DNA from: Takakia lepidozioides
Taxonomy: Eukaryota; Plantae; Bryophyta
Direction of reading: 5' to 3'
Assembly (NCBI GenBank): GCA_030704615.1
Contig: CM060731.1
Location: 63,240,001-63,304,000 of the forward strand
DNA: 64,000 nt
A model generated the notes under the pieces. That model was not told the origin of the DNA and made no database searches. It saw only the letters and a program-made list of their open reading frames with translations. Shown in pieces: positions 63,940-64,000 of this stretch. The position numbers and the translations under genes were made by a program. Each line of letters opens with the position of its first letter. Position 1 is the first letter of the stretch.

Positions 63940-64000
63940 ATGGCTGGTTTACAGATAGCGAAGTCGTTCAAAAATAGGGACACCAAGTTGCAGGTGCACG
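63940..64000 (+). other. Start of a probable second lipase paralog (runs out of window)
   Basis: TCTAGACCAGCT..ATGGCT.GTTTACAG..AGCGAA.TC.TTCAAA matches 45267-45318 (MAGLQIAKSFK vs MASLQAAKSFK). Confidence 0.6.

Overview
Nuclear DNA from a non-seed land plant (inferred from intronless PLS/E/DYW PPR genes, a microbial-type terpene synthase remnant and a PqaA-family gene; the species cannot be determined). Four genes look intact: a GT47/exostosin glycosyltransferase (4660-6742, -), uroporphyrinogen decarboxylase HEME1 (17888-20435, -), a 12-exon secreted PqaA/AprA-family hydrolase (32770-38726, +) and a class-3 lipase (45285-46574, +). Around them are three decayed PPR genes, a ~4 kb dispersed duplication carrying F-box pseudogenes, orphan gene fragments, LINE remnants and two MITEs. 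The main finding is a Ty3/Gypsy-type retroelement (54701-62238, +) whose polyprotein has a complete set of C5-cytosine DNA methyltransferase motifs (DNMT3-like, ~60787-61740) between the aspartic protease and the start of RT. It is nested inside a Ty1/Copia element that still has both LTRs, PBS, PPT and a 5-bp TSD (52061-62583, -). A second, truncated member of the same family lies at ~26780-29870 (-). All calls are by eye from motifs; no database searches were run.
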